NCBI GenBank assembly: GCA_000934665.2
Contig: JYFJ02001138.1
Location: 62,001-89,731, forward strand
DNA from: Catajapyx aquilonaris
Lineage: Eukaryota
Direction: 5' to 3'
Length of the DNA stretch: 27,731 nt
The stretch's first letter is position 1, and each line of letters starts with the position of its first letter. A program made the position numbers and the translations under genes. Below are positions 21,428 to 27,731 of this stretch, one piece after another. Below the pieces are notes generated by a model. The model searched no databases. It was not told the DNA's origin and worked only from the letters and a program-made list of their open reading frames with translations.

Positions 21428-23868
21428 AAAAGAGAGGCGTCGCAGCTGCTGCCTTCCAACTTAACTAATGTTCTTCTAAGGAAAGTATCAGTGTCAAGAA
21501 GCACGCTTAACTGCCAATGCAGTTTCCGCAGCCGATGATGAAAAACACGGAAAACGTGTTTGTGGCAGTTCCATGTCTTATTTGACTACTTGCCGACCCA
21601 TTGCATCCCCTTCGTTCACCTTCATTCCCTTCCCCCTCCAGCAGCAGCAAATGTCACAGAGGATATGGTATAATCCCCAGACCACGACATTGTTCCTTGA
21701 CTCTAATGAGGATTATCGGCGTCATCAAACTGTGCGTATGTAAAGGACCATGCACGCACGTGGACACACGTCACTGCTTTCAATAGAATTAATTTGTATC
21801 TGATTAGTAGACAGCAAACTGTCACTTGGAACATTCTAGTCGATGACAACACATTTGCGGTATATAACCAGATGTAATGATAAGATATGCACATCCTACA
21901 TGTTAGGCAACCGGACTTGCACAGGTGCATGGATGGTGGTATTCAAAAAGACCTGGAACTTGAGTGACTTGTCAATCTCAAACCTGTGTCATGATTCTTT
22001 GTGGACACCCTGTCCATTCTAAAGCCGCGAATGAAGCTTCGGGCATATAGGTACACAACTCAGCACTTTGTGAATCACAGGCCCTATCCCAACATACATG
22101 TTAAAGCCGATTAACCTGAGAAATCTTTTGAATGCACGAGAATCGAGATGATTGTTTTGCAGATCTCTTCGCATCAAGAGAAATTAGTCAGGATTAGGCT
22201 ATAGGTGTACCGCATATAGCTTATAAGCCTAATGTAAAAGGTGCGAACGTAACTATAGATCTAGTGCACATAGTTTGGCAAACTCATTCTAATTTTTATA
22301 TACAATTAAATTTCAGCATGGTTATTCATACAAATCCCATCATCATTTGATCGAAAAGTCAAAGATAGCTTTTTTTTAAAAAAAAAAATCAATGGTTTCA
22401 AAAAGAGAAATACAAATTTGCATAATGCGAGTAGTTTTGTTTGGGCATTTTTTTTTTCAAAAATAGCTATCCTTCTTATACACACAATTTTAAATTTAGA
22501 GTTTAATATATTATATGCAATTTCAAAATCTGTAGTATTTATGCACAAAAATAAAGTAGTATATAAGAGCAAATTACCTCATTAATGGACCACCCAGTTG
22601 ACCTGTTGCAACAAATTGCATATGTAATCGATGGTATCAGCCGCGCAAATATTCATGATGAGCTAATATTTTGAATTCCGTAGCTGTAACAATGATTCAC
22701 AGTTTAGAAGGATTCAATGAACTTCCACTGAATTGTATACAGTCTCTCTGCTACATACAGAGGCTGCTGGCAAAAAAAAAGTTAATACAATTAGAAGTAA
22801 TTATTGCCGGTGACTTAATAACAGATAATCAGGAGGGCATATACCTTTGATCTATGTAGCAGTATATCTGTGACGTAGGTCATTGAAGAAATGAGGCTGC
22901 AGTGGCTAAGCAGCTTTGATTTCGGATTTGGGAAATTACGGCCCGTTAACTGCACGGCCTAGGCTCAACCACATGAAATTGTCTAGATCATTGCATCGTT
23001 CATCCTTTTCTGAAAGGTTTCCGACAAGTATCTCAGGAAGCACTCGGAACCACCTAATCTTCTCAAGGGCAAAAGTCTCACCGTTAAGCTCTAAAGACCG
23101 CCATAAACAGCTGATTCCAAGCCGATCAACAAACAAACATGCCGGCCATACAAGTGCACTGGTTTCTAACAGACTCTACACCAAGTGGCCAATCAGCAGC
23201 CAACTTGAGGCGACTCTACATCCTACAATTTAACAGAAAATAATTGTCATTGGTTCAATAATAACGCAATGAGGTTATAGAAACACACACAAAAAAAGGG
23301 TCACTATACCCTCTTATGTCTAATGAAAATTGACACCCGGTGGTACAGGCCTCAAGTTGGAATGGTAGAATAATTCATAACGAAAAGTCGTCTATCCCCC
23401 CTTGATCCCCTGAGAAGACAACAAGTGGCGGCATCATGAGTCGATCCGGAAGTGACGTGATGAAAGCCGGGCAGATGTTCAAGATCTTTTTCTCGAATGA
23501 AGAGTATGATAATGCTGGTGCTGGCACAGTGTCACGGGAGAGCTAATCGGGAATCTACGGCATTTCGCAGAGCTCCTTTTGATTCTCTTTGCCGCTACTG
23601 TACTAGTGCAGCTGAGGTGAGGAATAGGACCGCTTAGAATATACTGCTGCTTTCCTCATCCTCTGCCTAATTCCTCAGGTAAGATTATCGCAAGCTGGGA
23701 TTAAAGCTCGCCAATCTATATAATGGGTAAGAAAAGGCTCCGTCTCAGATTTGGGGAGGCTTGCTGATGGATCAACAAGTGACGGCATCAATGATCCATC
23801 TTATTGACAAAAAAATTGCGGCACATGCTGTACCACCGATGGTTTTATTCACTCACTAGTTTGCATTG

Positions 23869-23942
23869 TACATGTTTACGCCCGCACGGTCGCACGACTG
23901 GTCATGCGACCGATGCTTAAATTGTGAGGGCGTAAACAGGCC
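23869..23942. mobile_element. Miniature nested inverted-repeat element, probably a Harbinger-type MITE remnant
   Basis: Outer arms TGTTTACGCCCGCAC 23873-23887 / GTGAGGGCGTAAACA 23924-23938 (14/15 match); inner arms CGGTCGCA 23887-23894 / TGCGACCG 23905-23912; right end ...GTAAACAGGCC. Confidence 0.55.
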
Positions 23943-24284
23943 GGTTGATAATTACATTTTCGCATTTTATATTTCAGTTGTATAAATTTTTTTGTATATT
24001 TAATTTGGGTAAGTGGCACATTGATTGGGACTTGATGACACTATGTGCAGAGGACAATCGCCCTAAGGGCAACCTTATAAGTTATATAGGTAAGCTATTA
24101 GAAAGATATGCTGGAGCAACATCCTGTGTGGCGGAATGGCAGCAGCATCCCACCCTCCCTCAGATCCCCCCACCCCATCCCCTTAGTAACAGGATGGGGA
24201 GGAGAGCAGGAGGTTGGGTGTGGGGCCTTTGGATGAGGGTAGGTGGGCATGGCGCAAGGCATGAAAAAGCTGTGGGTATGGAGT

Positions 24285-24430
24285 CAGGGGCGTGGCCTAG
24301 GGGCGGCCCCGGATTGGTGGCTGATGAGATGGGGCCGGGCGCGCAGGGCGGCCACTTGGCCATTTGATGGATCCCTGTGTTTGAAAAGTTGGGGATTGCC
24401 CGGAGATCAATCTCGCTCTTATTTAATACG
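24285..24430 (+). promoter_or_regulatory. Promoter-like block (GC boxes, inverted CCAAT box, GCCAT core, TATA-like element)
   Basis: GGGGCGTGGC 24287-24296, GGGGCGG 24300-24306, ATTGG 24313-24317, GGGCGG 24346-24351, GCCATTT 24359-24365, TATTTAA 24420-24426; CpG-rich. Confidence 0.45.
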
Positions 24431-24517
24431 GTTTGAGACGGCCTAAGCTTCTCTGTAACAGGCTTAAGACTTGTTTTATCTGAGGCTGCATTCAAGAGCA
24501 GATTTTGGTCGGCTTAG

Positions 24518-24993
24518 GTAAGTTTATTGTATTTTATCTCCTTTAAATGTTCAAACACAAGCATTTAAGGCGATTAGAAAGGATAGTGTAGCTTGTGTTA
24601 TTGCGAGCATTAGGGGCTCGGGGAAGCGAGAAGAAGCTTACGGGGCCGCCCCGGACCTCTAATCAGCCCTTTGCCCGCAACTATTTGGACCGCGAAAGAC
24701 CTGGCTGCCACACATACGTAGCACACACTCACATTCGTTGCCTTGTCGGAAACCCTCGCTTTTTGCACATATTCTACACTATCGGTACTACCCACACTAT
24801 ACACACACACATGCACACACACCCATCCCCCCCTACCCCCCTACCCCACACACTCAACAGTCACACCCCCCCTCCACAGCCGTCCAGCGCCTTCACGCCC
24901 GGTTGCTTTTGGTTTCACCTGGGGCCGCAAGCAGTGTGTGAATGTGTGATTGAGTGTGTGGAGGACCGGCTTTGTTTTCCTCACCCTCTCCAG
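24518..24993 (+). other. Predicted intron of an unidentified downstream transcript
   Basis: Consensus donor AG|GTAAGT at 24518 and strong acceptor TTTGTTTTCCTCACCCTCTCCAG ending at 24993. Confidence 0.4.
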
Positions 24994-27731
24994 ACCTCCA
25001 AAGTGAGTTCAGTTGCCCTCCGACTCGGTTCTGTGTCCGTATACCGCCCCGAAGAGGACCATGCAGGTTTGTCTCACTTTTCTACTTGCCTTCAACATGC
25101 TTCAACCCCGGAGTCACGGAATCTAATATATTTAGTGCGGATTTTTAAAGTTTAAAGATTATATTCCGACAACAAGTGTGGCACGTGTGTATAGCCTTAT
25201 TAGTTTTGACATATATCGTATGTGCAAAATGCGTTACTCGAATTTAAATTCCGCTCTTTACGTATTACCATAATGCTGTTATAGGGTCTTATTGACAAAG
25301 TAACAGAATTGTTGTGCGAGGTAAATACGCAGTAACAGTTTGTGATCATTAATCAAAGGTTGTCAAAGGATGCGGAGGTTGATGGCATACAGTATAGCTA
25401 GTCCACTAAACTGTTTCAAAGGAGCTTATTTCTAAGTATATACCAGCACTGAGAAATGTACGGCAACCTTAGAAATGCGGAAGTTAAGCCGGTAGTCGAT
25501 ACAGCGCTGTAGCCATCAATTTTGACGAGGTTCAAATTGACGGGTAGTGCACTTTGAAGTTAATGAACTGATCAGGATGGCATATAGGTAAAACTGATTT
25601 CGATAGCTGCGATGTAAACCTGCGCATAGCGGTTGCAGAGCTTCAAGGATATACAGTATGTGAAGCATGGGAGTGTGTCATCTTCTATTCACCTCTCTTT
25701 TATGAATGAATAATCTGTATACCAATTTGCATTGTACTGTCAACTAATATGCACTGTCCATTATAAATACACTATTTTGCTATTTATACACTATATAAGT
25801 GCAAATATGCAGGTAACAATCTAGAGGAGTTGGCGCTATTTATTGTTGCAAAACGTCACCAATAAGGCGGTATCAGAGTACAGGATGTATCAGAGAGGCG
25901 AGTGGAAGATGAACAGGCAAGAATGTGAGAATGGGAAAGAGCGCGTGACAAATGTGGGCGTTGAGGCAGAGGCAGATAAGATCGGAAGGAGGCCTATTTT
26001 GACAGGTGAAACTGCGGGAGGCCTCCGGGAAGGGCCTCCGGGACACAATGGCTTACAAATTGGGCTGATGGGAGGGGCGGCCCCTTGATGATGATGATGC
26101 TCCGGATCAGCTGCTGCATCCGGGCATCACTGCGGTACCGTGCTGGTAATAAATGGTTACATATGCGGAATCGGATTCTCCCGGAAGCATTTTACCTGCA
26201 CGTTTTAGAATCCACTTGAAGCATAAATCCGATGTAACAAACTTACGTTTTCCGGCTGTGATGATGATAGCAATCGGAGTTTTTGTAGCGATTACCTCCT
26301 GATGAGAGAGCCTCGCCACCTAGAAAGATCACACGCCTTGATTTACTGATTTTGGGACTCCTTGGAGAATGGCCCTGACATGCACAGCCTAGTAGTCAAG
26401 GGTTTTCAAATTGGGCGGACACATTTTGAGGCTTCCGCCCATGGCACTTTACATCACACAGGCGTCTATAGTCATATATTAACAAAAGTTACGGGGCTGG
26501 TGGGAGTCCAATTTATTGCTCATTGGATAGTATCTACCTTTCAGTAAAGTCACACCTGTGAATCGGATAATGGTCACTTGCAAATGTACGGCGCGGGTCA
26601 TACTGTGCGATAGCGTGAGTCAGTAGAAGAAAATATAGTCTAGGAAGGGCTGTGTGACTTTGAGCTGCCATCACTGACTGTGAGAACCACAATTTTGAAA
26701 AGTTGTTGTAGACACCTCTGTGACTGCTGGAGTTGATATTGGCCACGAAAATATAATATCAACAATGATTTCTTCTCACTATCAGTCGAAAAGGAATTAA
26801 TTTAAATATTTGCAGATTCATTTACCAGTAATTGTGGGAAGCATAAAAGCGATAACTGTATTTAAACTTCTTCCTAAGGGTCTTTAACCGCGTCATATTC
26901 ATGATCGTACACCATGGTGCAGTATACATTTACAGCAATAAGGGGAATTGAGTATGGTCGCTTCAATTGAAATATTATATGTTATATCACCCGTGTACAG
27001 AGTTCATAAAATTCATTACTCTTTATTCTCAGCACTTACAATGTTTTCAGTTATGTATTTCATAATCGTTTATCACAATATGTATCCGTAATGTCTTGTA
27101 ACTATTGTATGACACACGTAATGGGTCAGACCTCTAGTTTTTATTAAAATGTATCAATAAAAATTAATTTGAAAACGTGAAATGCAGAACGATCACTCAC
27201 GAGATAAATATTTCATATATGAAAGTTTGAAGATTGCGTAAGCCCTTACGAAGGCTATATTTGGAACATTTTTTGGGGGAACAGTAATTTCTGCAGCAGG
27301 AAACTGACTTGACCATTACTAAGCACGTGTTAAGATCTACATGACACAATCCGTAACTCCAATATACCCTGAAACAGCCACATATATGTGGATGCCAGCT
27401 TTATCCCTTCATACAGACTATAGTGTCGAACCATAAGGCTTGAGTGAAGGACATGACCAGACACATGCAGTCTGCTTCAAGCAGGGCATTTGTCCCACCG
27501 GCGCTCCAACCTCTGTATTCCGTGTAAAAAAAAATCTTCCTCGACCCCACCCAACCACCCATACATTGCACTTATCACCTCATTGTCACTGGAGAAGTGC
27601 GTCCCACGGAGGTTTCAGGAGAATAATGATGGATCCAGGTCTCATCTTGTGTTACGTAACGAGCCAAAAAGTGTCCTGGTCCCTCCGATACTCCTCCAAT
27701 GTTGCCTGTGAATGTGTCACACTGATCCGCT

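Noticed and set aside
24595..25155. 186-aa ORF
   Set aside because: GTG start, built partly from CA repeats and C tracts, no known motif; the splice-signal interpretation fits better.
26095..26129. Small hairpin TGATGCTCCGGAT/ATCCGGGCATCA
   Set aside because: A 12-bp stem is too short for a pre-miRNA and has no element context.
1..27731. Window-wide enrichment of Otx (TAATCC) or Zelda (CAGGTAG) sites
   Set aside because: Rough counts by eye (about 17 and about 4) are near chance expectation for this length.
1..27731. CRISPR array, operon or other prokaryotic/viral system
   Set aside because: No repeat-spacer array or dense coding; the DNA is intron-containing animal sequence.

Overview
Eukaryotic (animal, probably non-dipteran arthropod) genomic DNA. 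The only recognisable protein-coding sequence is the terminal coding exon of an Otx/orthodenticle homeobox gene (104-931, + strand): K50 homeodomain helix 3, a WSP-like motif and a single C-terminal Otx tail. The remaining ~26.8 kb is non-coding 3' flank, a mosaic of GC/C-rich islands and AT-rich spacers. The spacers carry two full-length tRNA-derived SINEs with target-site duplications, a third degenerate SINE candidate, several MITEs or TIR remnants, an exact 80-bp tandem duplication, a perfect 50-bp palindrome and microsatellites. The most interesting unexplained structure is at ~23.6-25.1 kb: a recursive-splice-like site, a GC-box/CCAAT promoter-like block, a consensus donor, a strong acceptor, a possible 9-nt microexon and an ATG-CAG|GT mini coding start, suggesting the 5' end of another transcription unit. 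I found no evidence for a novel multi-gene system. All other ORFs in the track look spurious.
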